Shown: positions 1 through 13,424 of the stretch, in pieces | How the letters are laid out: every line of letters begins with the position of its first letter | Position numbering within the stretch: the stretch's first letter is position 1 | NCBI GenBank assembly: GCA_002269645.1 | Contig: NIVC01004806.1 | Location: forward strand, 1 to 34,715 | DNA: 34,715 bases | Reading direction: 5' to 3' | DNA from: Macrostomum lignano | Taxonomy: Eukaryota | Program-made: the position numbers and the translations under genes | Notes under the pieces: model-generated | Databases searched by the model: none | Told to the model about the DNA's origin: nothing | Seen by the model: the letters and a program-made list of their open reading frames with translations, nothing else

Positions 1-72
1 TAAAGCACAAATTATCTGCAATGTCCTTTGTTGAAGCCCCTGTCCCAATTATTCTGATTCGTGGCTCAATGA

Positions 73-843
73 TCATAACACCATGACAATGACTCCATGA
101 CCCAATGACTCCATGACTCAATGACTCCATGACCCAATGACTCCATGACCCAATGACTCCATGACTCAATGACTCCATGACCCAATGACTCCATGACCAA
201 TGACTCCATGACCAATGACTCCATGACTCAATGACTCCATGACCCAATAATCCATGACCCAATGACCATGACTCAATGACTCCATGACCCAATGACTCCA
301 TGACCAATGACTCCATGACCCAATGACTCCATGAATGACTCCATGACCCAATGACTCCATGACCCAATGACTCCATGACCAAAATCATCCATGACCAATG
401 ACTGCATGATCAATGACTCCATGACCCAATGACTCCAGGACCCAATAACTCCATGACCCAATGACTCCATGACCCAATGACTCCATGACCCAATGAATCC
501 ATGACCAATGACTCCATGACCCAATGACTCCATGACCCAATGACTCCATGACCCAATGACTCCATGACCAATGACTCCATGACTCCAATGACTGCTTGAC
601 TCAATGACTCCATGACCAATGACTCAATGACCCAATGACTCCATGACCCAATGACTCCATGACTCAATGACTCCATGACCCAATGACTCCATGACCCAAT
701 GACTCCATGACTCAATGACTCCATGACCCAATGACTCCATGACCAATGACTCCATGACCCAATGACTCCATGAATGACTCCATGACCCAATGACTCCATG
801 AATGACTCCATGACCCAATGACTCCATGAATGACCCATGACCA
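73..843. repeat. 16-bp minisatellite (CCATGACCCAATGACT)n, ~48 units with variants
   Basis: Directly visible head-to-tail repeat; overlapping ORFs (MESLGHGVIG/SWSHWV...) are just its periodic translations. Confidence 0.97.
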
Positions 844-1289
844 AATCGTGGTGTCTCGTATAGACTAACACGAAAAGCCGCGAGTAATCAGGCCCCGTAA
901 AAATTCGTTCAAAAGTACGCTCCACTTAGGAGGTCGACCCGCGCTTATATTTCGCATCCAAGCAAGAACTATTGGATTTAGCCAGGAAAACAGTAGTAGT
1001 TGGATTATATTGTAATAAGAGTGAAAATATTTGGATGCAAACTGAAAAAGGACAATTTAAAGGGCAAAGTAGGGATAGCTGCATATAGTGAGCACAGAAA
1101 GCAGAGTACTAATAGGATGCACTTATAAATATTTAAGGTATGCTTTAAATACGAAAGCTAATATATATGTCTGACACTTCCACTGAATTAGGGTAAATAA
1201 AAATGTATGTATAATCACGTATTCATATATTAATTGAAGTTTATTATTGTTCAAGAAAAATTCGTCTTGAATCTTGACAAGCTAGGATT

Positions 1290-1405
1290 AAACACGGACA
1301 TTGTATTCTCGGTGTTCACGGTCGCCTGATTGATCACTCTGTGCCAAGTGGCACCACTGTGAATGTTGACTGTTATGAAATATTCATTCAATTGAAGGAT
1401 CTGAG
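1290..1405 (+). mobile_element. Possible short Tc1/mariner transposase remnant
   Basis: One frame reads GVHGRLIDHSVPSGTTVNVDCYEIFIQL, resembling the mariner segment G(v/l)i..d.vP.G.TVN..yY that lies between the first two catalytic Asp residues. Only ~35 codons, and no TIRs seen. Confidence 0.3.
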
Positions 1406-2279
1406 AGGGAAGTCAACTGAAGGATCTGAGAGGGGGTCAACTGAAGGATCTGAGAGGGGGTCAACTGAAGGATCTGAGAGGGGGTCAACTGAAGGATGTG
1501 AGAGGGGGTCAACTGAAGGATGTGATAGGGGGTCAACTAAAGGATGTGAGAGGGGTCAGCTGAAGGATGTGAGAGGGGTCAACTGAAGGATCTGAGAAGG
1601 GGTCAACTAAAGGATCTGAGAGGGGGTCAACTGAAGGACCTGAGAGGGGGTCAACTAAAGGATCTGAGAGGGGTCAACTGAAGGACCTGAGAGGGGTCAA
1701 CGGAAGGATCTGAGAGGGGGTCAACTGAAAATGATCTGAGAGGGGGTCAACTGAAAATGATCTGAGAGGGGGTCAACTGAGGGATCTGAGGGGGAGTCAA
1801 CTGAGGGATCTGAGAGGAGTCAACTGAGGGATCTGAGGGGAGTCAACCGAGGGATTTGAGGGGGAGTCAACTGAGGGATCTGAGTGGGAGTCAACTGAGG
1901 GATCTGAGGGGGAGTCAAGTGAGGGATCTGAGGGGGAGTCAAGTGAGGGATCTGAGGGGGAGTCAACTAAGGATCTGAGGAGAAGTCAACTGAGGGATCT
2001 GAGGGGGAGTCAACTGAGGAATCTGAGGGGGAGTCAACTGAGGGATCTGAGGGGGAGTCAACTAAGGGATCTGAGGAGGAGTCAACTGAGGGATCTGAGG
2101 GGGAGTCAACTGAGGGATCTGAGGGGAGTCAACTGAGGGATCTGAGGGGGAGTCAACTGAGGGATCTGAGGGGGAGTCAACTGAGGGATCTGAGGGGAGT
2201 CAACTGAGGGATCTGAGGGGGAGTCAACTGAGGGATCTGAGGGGGAGTCAACTGAGGGATCTGAGGGGGAGTCAACTGA
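1389..2279. repeat. 24-bp G-rich minisatellite, ~37 units (AACTGAAGGATCTGAGAGGGGGTC grading into AACTGAGGGATCTGAGGGGGAGTC)
   Basis: Directly visible; ends ~30 bp beyond the stop codon of the fibrinogen-domain gene. Confidence 0.97.
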
Positions 2280-2311
2280 TCTATTCGAGTCAGCTAGCTG
2301 CTCATATAAAT

Positions 2312-3842
<1,531 letters not shown>

Positions 3843-4848
3843 TTCTTTCGGTTATTTTATCACGGATTTTGTGCGTCTAATCGAGACTTGAAGCTTTCAG
3901 CAGACAGAATTGAAACTGGAGCCAGCAGCTTCAGAAACCTGCTCTCTCTTACAAGCCAAAAATGCGGTACCCAGAACTAACGGATGACAAGAGCCAGGGG
4001 CACAAACGAAGTTGAGGATGCAAATTGGAAGGCTTGAGACACTCAAGCTGTAACTTGTTTGCAGCAACAGAATGGTTAAATGCTTAAATCAGTCCATTCT
4101 CGCTTGGAATGGGAGAATGGGTAAGATGGGGAAATTTTAATTTAAGAGAAGGAGGAGTTGACAAACCTTGGCTATACTGGCATTAACCTTTCATAGCCAC
4201 TAACAAGCTGCAGGAAGACATTCTGGAGATACGGTTGGCGGTTGCCTCTGTAAACTCAGGAATCCGGCACTAACCAATGCGCTGGCCTGTAAAAAGTACA
4301 AATGCAAAGACTTCCCAGTACAGGAATATTGCAAAGGTAAGCAAAGGTAAAGCAATTTCTTGTTCTTTTTTCACGTCTTCCACTGCCTTATGCAGAGTTA
4401 AATTGACATCTTTTTTATCTCATTATATTTTCAGATAGTTGAATGAAAAATACGCAAACGAAACATTTATTTCTACTTAGGGAGTAGACAAATCGAAATA
4501 GTTGTTCCATAATTTTCAACACCTTTCAAGTCAATTGTGGTAAATGGGTTTTTGGAAATGCCCCGTACCCCACACCGCCCCACATATTTGGTGTACATTC
4601 AATGCTTCTATTTTAAGCTAAGCTTTTTAGCCAAGGAATTTTCTAGAAACTTCCATAGCTTGGTCATATGAATTAAATCGTGTGTGACAGCCCATGGAAA
4701 TACAGTTCACAGAGTGTAAATGACGCTATTTGTCAGTAATGCCTTAAAATAGAATAAAAAGTGTTGGATGCTGAGTAATGTATGTACTTTTACAGAAAAC
4801 AGAAGGTTAAAATTATCAGAAAAACATCTCAATAAAAAGAGGAATGCT

Positions 4849-6040
4849 TTAACAAACGTAAGCTCTGATGGAGGCCAAAATAGTCTCATTGCACCCTGGG
4901 CAGCGGCTGTGGTTTCGGCAGCATCCTTCGCACAGCAGAAAGTGAGCACAGGGCAGGGTTACCCTGTCCCTGATCCGGCTTCTGCACTGCAAGCACCGGT
5001 CATCGGGCACGTCTCGGCTGTCTTGCTGCTGCAGTTGTTGTTGCTGCTGTTGCTGCTGCTGCTGCTGCGGTTCCATTGATGCTGCTGTTGTCGTCGGAGC
5101 GAACGATGGTGGATTGCTGGCCGGTCCAGCAGTTCTCGACTCTTCCCTATTAAGAGATAATTGCAGCAATTCTCTGAAGAAGTCAATTAGGGAGTGACAT
5201 AAAAATAGTTAGTTTTTAGAGTCTCCTACACTGCAAGCGATGAATACGCATTCGCCGAGGAGAGTTGCTAGCACCCTGACGCAACGCCTTCAACGATACT
5301 GTTACGTAGCAAGCACACAATCATACACATGCTCACACGGGGTGTACAGCGGCCCTGACTTTCTAATCGTGTCAGGCATCGCCCCTGACTAAGCCATTTA
5401 ACCCTGATGCTCTTTTCAAAAAAGATTTCATGACAGATGGAAATAACAAGTCGAAATATCCCGAGCTTTTGTGAAGACAAAAGACATATTATATGTAAGA
5501 CGTCTTACCTGACGTTAACTTGCTCCATCAAGGTGGCCGAGTCCTCAAACTCTTCCTCGCCGCTGTGCACCAGCTGAATGGCATCGCCAGGCCTGTTCAC
5601 CGCCGCGCCCTGGTGCCGCATAAAGTATCGCGCGGCGCAGAAGTCCAACTTTTGCTGCTGGATGCCGAAGCTGGCGGCCCGAGACAGCACGGGACTGTCC
5701 AGCACCTGGCCGAGTCGGGTCAGAGATCGCTGCAGTTTGGACAGCTCGCCAGCATCCAGCGCGCTGCGGCGTGTCTGCGGCGTCAGAACGAGTCTGTGAG
5801 CCAGTCGCTGCAGGTAGCAACCCGGACTGGCCTGTCGGTGTCGCGACCAGCTATCAGCCTCAGCCAAACTGCTACTGCCAGGACATGCGGCACCGCAGTG
5901 AAAACAGACGATCTTTCCACTCCCCGAGACCTCAGCAACCATCCAGTCGGGTGTTCCACTCGGCAGACGCTGGTTTTGGCGAGCAGTGGTACTGGTGAAG
6001 CTGGGTTTCACCGAAGAGGTCAGAATGAGAATGGCGCCGG
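4849..6040 (-). CDS. Inhibitor-of-apoptosis (IAP/BIRC)-like protein: divergent BIR, UBA-like region, polyQ, C-terminal RING
   Basis: Exon 6040-5509 holds a BIR-like zinc motif VCFHC...W.RH......C (C-X2-C-X18-H-X6-C) and UBA-like SPVLSRAASFGI. Its phase-2 donor GTAAGA joins exon 5173-4849 (alternative in-frame acceptor at 5146), which encodes polyQ and the terminal IAP-type RING CLQC...LPCAHFLLCEGC...CPGC...IRAYVC*. Confidence 0.85.
5300..5400 (-). mobile_element. 3' fragment of SINE family B in an IAP-like gene intron
   Basis: CACATGCTCACACGGGGTGTACAGCGGCCCTGACTTTCTAATCGTGTCAGGCAT resembles 29157-29210 and 18700-18750. Confidence 0.55.
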
Positions 6041-6492
6041 CTATAAGAAATTAAGACATATTTTGCATTAGTTTTGGTAAACAAAATTTAAATGTAGCTG
6101 AAAGAAAGAGAAGAACTTTTAATTCCTTAGAAGGTCATCACACAGTTTTAACAAACTTATGAGTACATTTCACTGACTTGGATTTCGCACTGACCAGACA
6201 ATTTCAGAATAGATTCAGAATCTTACTTTAACTATAAAATTCAAAGTGTTTTACACTCTAACTTGATTTATGAACTTTTGATTTTATAGAAACATGATTT
6301 TTATGTTTCAATCTTTCACAGGTGCGTACGTCGAACACTATTCAGTATAGGTGAGCAATGCCAGGCAAATCAATCCTCAGACCATGGGCTCGGAACCTTG
6401 CAAGGGGTAAAAATTCAAAAGGGATCTTAAACATTGAGAGTGTCGAGTTTTTCTGGTTAAGCTGTTAAAAGCCTCATCGTAATCCAGTGGTG

Positions 6493-7321
6493 TAACAGCA
6501 CAGTGACACAACTGACTAGAAGTGACACAGTCTAACAGCGCACAGTGACACAACTGACTAGAAGTGACACAGTCTAACAGTACACAGTGACACAACTGAC
6601 TAGAAGTGACACAGTCTAACAGCGCACAGTGACACAACTGACTAGAAGTGACACAGTCTAACAGCACACAGTGACACAACTGACTAGAAGTGACACAGTC
6701 TAACAGTACACAATGACACAACTGACTAGAAGTGACACAGTCTAACAGTACACAATGACACAACTGACTAGAAGTGACACAGTCTAACAGCGCACAGTGA
6801 CACAACTGACTAGAAGTGACACAGTCTAACAGTACACAATGACACAACTGACTAGAACTGACCCAGTCTAACAGCGCACAGTGACACAACTGATTAGAAG
6901 TGACAGTCTAACAGCGCACAGTGACACAACTGACTAGAAGTGACCCAGTCTAACAGCGCACAGTGACACAACTGACTAGAAGTGACACAGTCTAACAGTA
7001 CACAGTGACACAACTGACTAGAAGTGACACAGTCTAACAGTACACAGTGACACAACTGACTAGAAGTGACACAGTCTAACAGCGCACAGTGACACAACTG
7101 ATTAGAAGTGACACAGTCTAACAGTACACAGTGACACAACTGATTAGAAGTGACCCAGTCTAACAGCGCACAGTGACACAACTGATTAGAAGTGACCCAG
7201 TCTAACAGCGCACAGTGACACAACTGATTAGAAGTGACCCAGTCTAACAGCGCACAGTGACACAACTGATTAGAAGTGACCCAGTCTAACAGCGCACAGT
7301 GACACAACTGACTAGAACTGA
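6493..7321. repeat. 42-bp minisatellite (ACAGTGACACAACTGACTAGAAGTGACACAGTCTAACAGCGC)n, ~20 units
   Basis: Directly visible; lies in the putative first intron of the IAP-like gene. The Cys-rich ORFs at 6377-6889 and 6894-7526 are largely its translation. Confidence 0.97.
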
Positions 7322-7376
7322 CGCATGCAGTGCCATTTATACAATTAGCTACATGTACGTTATATAATTGACTCAC

Positions 7377-7509
7377 CTCCAACGAACAGGGACTCGCTGG
7401 CGTCATCAGCCAGCAGTGCTTCAGCCGCCTTATCCGCAATTTGTCGCGGTAAAAAGCTGGCCAAAATCCCAACCAGTCGGCTTTGTAAGTTTTGTTGCTG
7501 CCGTTGCAT
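7377..7509 (-). CDS. Probable first coding exon of the IAP-like gene
   Basis: ATG at 7509 reads MQRQQQNLQSRLVGILASFLPRQIADKAAEALLADDASESLFVG to a strong GTGAGT donor in phase 1, matching the phase-1 acceptor at 6040. No unambiguous domain motif. Confidence 0.5.
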
Positions 7510-9717
7510 TCTTGCTGAAATGCCATGTGACTGTGTTGTCAGGGATTTTAGAGGCGCTTTGGCGTGTTCAACTTTGGTTTGCAAATTGCAATAAACAACT
7601 TGAGGGGGTTCCAGCTCCAGGTTTGGAGTATTTTTATATTTTCTTCTAGCTATGTAAAAGCCCGTCATTTTGCTAAAAATAGCTCGTACGCTCGTACTTG
7701 GCAATAGAATGACAAAGTTTCTATTTTTAGAAATAATCCACTCTGTGCTTTCTATAGAGCCAATTTTAAATGAAGGAGAATCCTGCACTTGCAGGTTTTA
7801 CTGCGCGTCTCACGTTACTATGCAATTGTTATACCTTTCATCGACTCGTTTTTCTGGCCTTTTAACACTAAAAACAAGCGAGTTATTACGTATACTCGTA
7901 TAGGCAAAGTTAATTTGTATGACTGTTTTGCCTTGGTTGCATTTGAGCGATTTCGGGAGGTGTTGGAGTCAACCGCCTCACTCGTCTCGCGAAGTTTGAT
8001 CTGTAATGAGACAGGGGGGCTCGCTGCTGTTTTTGTATTAGCTGCCGCACTTTAAGGCTTTTTTAGTTCATTGCCTCAGCCACTTTTCTTGTGTCTTTGT
8101 ATTTGCCTCGCCTAAGTCATGCTTTCGAATGGCCCTCTCTACTGCCGAGTTTCCCCACCCTATAATACTGTCATGGTTTGCAGCGGTTGGGGGTATTTAA
8201 TTCATTGACTCCTGCAAGCTGTCCAAATTTATTGTGCAACAAAGTGAATGTGAAATTACCTTGGAGCTGAGTTGGACTGTTCCGATCAAAGGTTTTAGAA
8301 GGCCGAACTATCAGTAGATTGTCTAGTGTGCATATCTTAAGTTATAAACAATGGCAGAAAAGCATACTAAACGAGTGCATTGCATTTGTACCAGCATATA
8401 TATCATTATTCCATAAATTGTGGCATCATTTGACACTTTCACGTCAATGCAATTGCGGAGGGATATGGATTGGTACATCACATGTAAAAGTGGCAAATCA
8501 GTCACATGATGAAGTGCGTACATGGGATGGATAACCTTTTTGTTTAAGTCCTTTCCCTCTTCTTAGGAGCTTTCTGTATGAGCTTCTATTAATGTAGGTG
8601 TAGCGATGATTGCAAACTGCGGCTTTCAATTCTATACTAGAATTTCAACGGTCTCAAGCGAGTCTGAGCCGCTTTCGATAGTCAAGCCAAATCAACGACT
8701 TAACAAACGGAATATATTTTTATTTATTATATTTATTTTATTTATTTTATTTATTTATTTTTATTTAAATATTTTCAACGGAGTCTTCACGGAGCTCCAT
8801 AGCAAAACTTAACTAAACTAAACTAAACTTAAAGAGCAGATTTCTTTTATTATTACCCCCTTCTCAACAGTACGTATTTGGTATGCTCTGAGTGTTCTGC
8901 CTTAGAAAGTCCTGCCAAAAGCTCAAGTTTTGAAACTTAGAAGCTAACTATGGCTCTTAGTGGGAATTTAACGTAGTGGGCATACGTTTCTCTTCATTCC
9001 TTAACCTCTATTCCTAATCGTATTTTCATTCTCTTCCGATTTATGGGTGTACATGTAGCTCGGGCCTTCCACATCTCCGTCAAAGCTGTCCCACCGCTCC
9101 GGATTCAGCCGTCCATTGCACTATTGTCTCTTCTCTTCGCTTCTTCGAGCGGATATGTTTTCCTTAAGTTGATCTTAACCTCTTTAAATTGCTTTTAGCT
9201 ACTCGCAGATTTCTAAATCCTATGGGGTAAATGTACATTCATTGGGTAAATATATACATTGTAGAAAGCAACAGCGTACTAATATGATTTCCGTTATTGT
9301 GTCTGGGTGAAAGTATGTATATTTTACAATGCTATCTGTTCTGATTAAATCACAAATACGATTTCCTGAGTTAAATAATTCCCGAAATACGAATGCGAAA
9401 ATTAATAGAAAACAAATCATACAATAATTTAAACGTTTCAACAGTGACAGTGACAGTATTAAGTTACAGCATATATAGTTCTATAAGCACTATAGTTTAA
9501 CTTTTTAGGAAAAACTACTCATATATTAAGAAGGACAGAAACTTTCAAAACAGGCATTGCATTTCGAAGAAAACAATAACCAGGCGTCATGTGCAGAGGA
9601 ACCATAGGAAACAATGACCGTAGACAGTGCTTAGTGCTTATTGCGGAGCAAAATTAACTTATAATTTCCAAGTTAATTTCACCAGAGTTCATCCGGCATG
9701 CATAAAATCCAATGCCA

Positions 9718-10403
9718 CCACAAGGACAACTAAAGCAACGTATATTCAGGACGCGACACTCGAAATCTATGGGAAATGTTTTGAGGGCCACTTTTCGCCG
9801 AAAAATACACTACGGAGATAGGAAATTTTCAGCACAAAAACTGTTATTGTTTTCGATAGGAGGTAGCTAACCGGTGTTCATCTTTTGATATACTGTGCCT
9901 TTCTGATTCGTTCAGAAAATAAGGATTCTATATGTGAATTTCTTATTCTATGTACAATTACACATGTCCTGTGCCAAAAAATCATTGAAATGGCACGACT
10001 CAGCTCATTGGTTTTATAAATCTATTTTTGTCATTCTTAGCAGACTGTGAACAATATGTATGACAGAGATGATACAATAGATTCATAAAACCAAAGCTTC
10101 GAACTTTGCCATGCATTTTTATAACTTTTTAGGTACAGGAAGTGTACGTAGAATTATAAATTAACATAAATCCTAATTTTCTGAACAAAAAAACTTAAAA
10201 AATATCAATAGAGCTATAAAAAAGGAACAACATATTAAAAGATAAACACTGGGTCCGCCTCCTATCAAAAATATTTTTGTGCTATAAAAATGAAAACTTC
10301 GAATCTCCGTAGTGTATTTTTCAGCGAAAAGTGGCCTTCAAAACATTTTCCATAGATTTCGAGTGTCGCGTCGTTCTACGAGTACTTTAGTAGTTCTTTT
10401 GCC
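9718..10403. mobile_element. Long imperfect palindrome / foldback or MITE-like non-autonomous DNA element
   Basis: 9750-9819 is the reverse complement of 10303-10372 at 67/70 bases. Weaker inverted similarity continues inward almost to the centre (~10037-10067) and slightly outward. No ORF, and no clear TSD. Confidence 0.75.
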
Positions 10404-11236
10404 GATAATTAAATCAGAGATGCAATGGTGATGGATGGCTGGAGTAGCAGCTGCTCCGCCCGTGGAGACCCTGGCAACTCCTCCTGCGGTGGCCACGCAG
10501 GCGACCCAGACGGTGTTGCAGCCCAGACACGGACAGCACAGCAGTGGTGGCAAAGCTGGTTGCTGAATTAGCAGAGCCAATGGTTATTGTTATCGCAATC
10601 GACAGGGAGTTAATGTTTGTACTTCATCCTGTATTTTTACTCACCCATAGTGTATGAATTAAGCAATTCTGATGGGAGTTGGAGCTAAAATTGGCTTGGA
10701 AATTTAGAGAAGGCTTTGGCGTGTGGGAAGAGTAGAAAAGAGAGACGCATATTTTATAGTACTGCTGCAGACCTCTGTACCAGCTTCTAGCTTTTAAATG
10801 TATAGAAAGTTTTTTACCTACTACCGCCAACCACTGTGAGCTTTGGCTTAAGACGCACTGCATAGAATTGTATTATGTACCGTTATCTGAAAAAAACAAA
10901 GTGTCCAAGACTCTGATTTCTTTAAAAATAGCCAAATTGAAAACCGAAAATGAAAACGAAGAACCTAAAATCGTAAACGAAGAACGAAAACGAAAACTTC
11001 AAACAGGGATGACCCGGTACCGTGTACCTGATTGTGAGTTTAATAGCAGTTTTTTTAAGAGAAACTTTGGTTTATAGTCCCACCGGTAGCTTTTCCTATC
11101 CGTACGCGTACTTCGCACTCAGCAACTGATAAACCGCCACTTTAGTCTAAAGCACTGTTTTCTGTTTCTGAAAGTTTTTTTTGTTACCTAAACCCAAACA
11201 AGATCTACAACCCGCTTAAACAGAATAGCGAAGCGT

Positions 11237-12150
11237 TTGATCCAGCACACGGAGCAGCCAGCTGTTCCTGTGCCATTTGACGAGGCCTCGCAGCGGATCT
11301 GCATCGTTGACGCATCGAATGAGCTGCTGCGCTACACGTACCCGGCCCTACCGGCATCCTTTTGGGTGGCGCCGAAAGTTGGCATGGATAACCTGTCGCA
11401 GGCCACTGCTCATGTAGCCTGTTTCATCCACGACCTCATCGTCACCGGTAGAATTGCGAGAACTGCCTGTGCTTACTGGAACTGGTTCTTACAGCGCCTG
11501 AAACAGAGCGGCCTGAAGTGTGCGGGCGGAACAAGCGCAGCTTTATGCAGGAGAGCGTGAGCTGCCTGGAACACTGCATTGATGCTGCTGGCCTGCGAGC
11601 CATTGTGGACGCGCTCGCCCCCGGAGAATAATGCTGCATGAGTCGAAGCCAATTCCTGTCATGACTACCAGAAGAATCTAGCAGTGGGCACTGATTCTGG
11701 CCGGATTAGTTGGACAAAGGTGCCGTGACTGCTAGGCATATCCGGGCTTGGTCGAGGACGGGATCCCTTGCCGTCCAATGTCCTGTGTTTTCTGAGTCTG
11801 GTCAGTGGCAGGCGAGACCGCCACCAAATCTGCAGCCGTACAGGTTACGCACGCAACAGCTGAGAGCGGAAGACGCCGGGGCTGTTTCTTCTGGTAGCCC
11901 GGACTGGATGCAGAAATTAAGCAGCTCCTCATCGTTTGCCCCGACTGCCAGGAGCTGCAGAAGTCGCCAGCACCCTTGGGCTAGGCCAGACAAGACCATG
12001 GTCCCGCCTTCACATCGACTTTGTCGATGCTGTGAAAGGGAAGATGCGACTAGTCATTGTGGATGAGCGCTCAAAGTGGATGGATGTCCACGCGATAACT
12101 ACGGCATAACTACCGCAGCCGGTGGTGTAGTACGCAAGCCGATTAGGTAC
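11237..12150 (+). mobile_element. Degenerate, internally deleted Ty3/Gypsy LTR-retrotransposon pol remnant (RT, RNase H end, integrase)
   Basis: Across frames: RT-like LLRYT..LP...MDNLSQATAHVACFIHDLIVTG (YxDD destroyed) and FMQESVSCLEHCIDAAGL; RNase H end KPIPVMTTRRI*QWALIL; linker VTARHIRAW...LQPYRLR; integrase zinc region FW*PGLDAEIKQLLIVCPDCQ; integrase core PWSRLHIDFVDAVKGKMRLVIVDERSKWMDV. Stops and frameshifts throughout. Confidence 0.9.
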
Positions 12151-13149
12151 GCAAGCCGGCGGTGCCAGAGAGGCTGCTCTACAAGTGACTGGTTTGACAA
12201 TGTTCTATTGACAATTAGAATGATCTTTCCGTGGTCGTGACCTTAGTTGAAGGGATATATATGATTGGTGTACAGTAAGAATTGCCTTGTGTAAGTGAGG
12301 CTGGGAGGAGTTCGGGACAATTTTGGTAGGTTTTTCATGATGCGTCATCTCGTTCATTCTCTCCTTTCAGTTTCTTTTCTCCCTGCTCGTACAGGAGGGA
12401 CGTCTCAGTCACCATTTGGTAGCTGGCTTTTTGGAGACACTTTCTATGATTGGGAGCATCTTTTCATCTTATGAGCAGCAGTCAGTGTCTATGGCCCTAA
12501 CCCTGGGTTTCGGGGCTTCAAAGACGGCCGCTGAATGCACTAGCGAATGCTGGACCACAGATACTACGATTAAATACCCTAGATTATTCATTTAACTTAT
12601 GTTTAACAAAACTACTCTCTGTTCAGTAGTATGAGTGTAAAAAAAGCATCATTAACTTGGCCAAGCTTGGCCATAGATAAAATAATTAAAAGCGGCAAAT
12701 TTGCTCGCGTTTGACCAAAAGCAGCTAGCCATCATTTGACAAGAATTAAAGCAAATATACGTTTATGCTACTGGACACAGAGTAGCAAGTCAAATTGACA
12801 CATACAAAATAGGGTTGAGTGAACCATATTGAGTGTTCAGAATCTGTAGCTCGTATTTAGGTCTTGAAACACAATAAACAAATATAGACCAAAGTGGGAT
12901 TGTCCCTAATTAATCTGAGATATCTTGACCGAATAAATTTTACTCAACCGAAATTTACGGAAATATATTTTTTGAAAAGAGATGAAAATGGCATATACTA
13001 CTACAAGCATTACAACAAGTATGCAGAGCAATAAAAAAATCTTTAAAATATCCCGTTGCATTATTATTGGGCAAAATAAGAGAAAAAACTAGGGATTGTC
13101 TTTTCAATTTGCAAAAAAATTTAAACAAAGGACAAACATAGCGTACGAC

Positions 13150-13312
13150 TAATGACTAACTTCCCTAAAACTCAGACTAAAGACTAAAACTAATGACCTA
13201 CATGTAAGACGGAACTAAGAACGAATGACTATAATCAAGGACCTAAGACTAAAACTAAGGACCTAAGACTAAAACTAAAGACCTAAGACTAAAACTAAGG
13301 ACTAAGACTAAG
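13150..13312. repeat. Short degenerate 20-bp tandem repeat (AGGACCTAAGACTAAAACTA)n
   Basis: Directly visible, ~4 good units plus decayed ones, downstream of the LIM-homeobox stop. Confidence 0.8.
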
Positions 13313-13424
13313 GACACACAGTAAGCACAATATAAGATACTTCAGTCCAATTTTAAAAACTGTTTTGCAACTTCAATCAGATCCCGCGGTTGCCATCCCA
13401 GCTCCATCCTCAGCCTCAGTTTGC

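Noticed and set aside
166-925. ORFs in the first array (MESLGHGVIG...)
   Set aside because: Periodic translations of the 16-bp repeat in several frames; no domain and no unique flanks.
5520-6071. 183-aa plus-strand ORF
   Set aside because: Antisense shadow of the GC-rich BIR/UBA exon; no motif.
6377-7321. Cys/His-rich ORFs that resemble metal-binding repeats
   Set aside because: Translation of the 42-bp intronic minisatellite.
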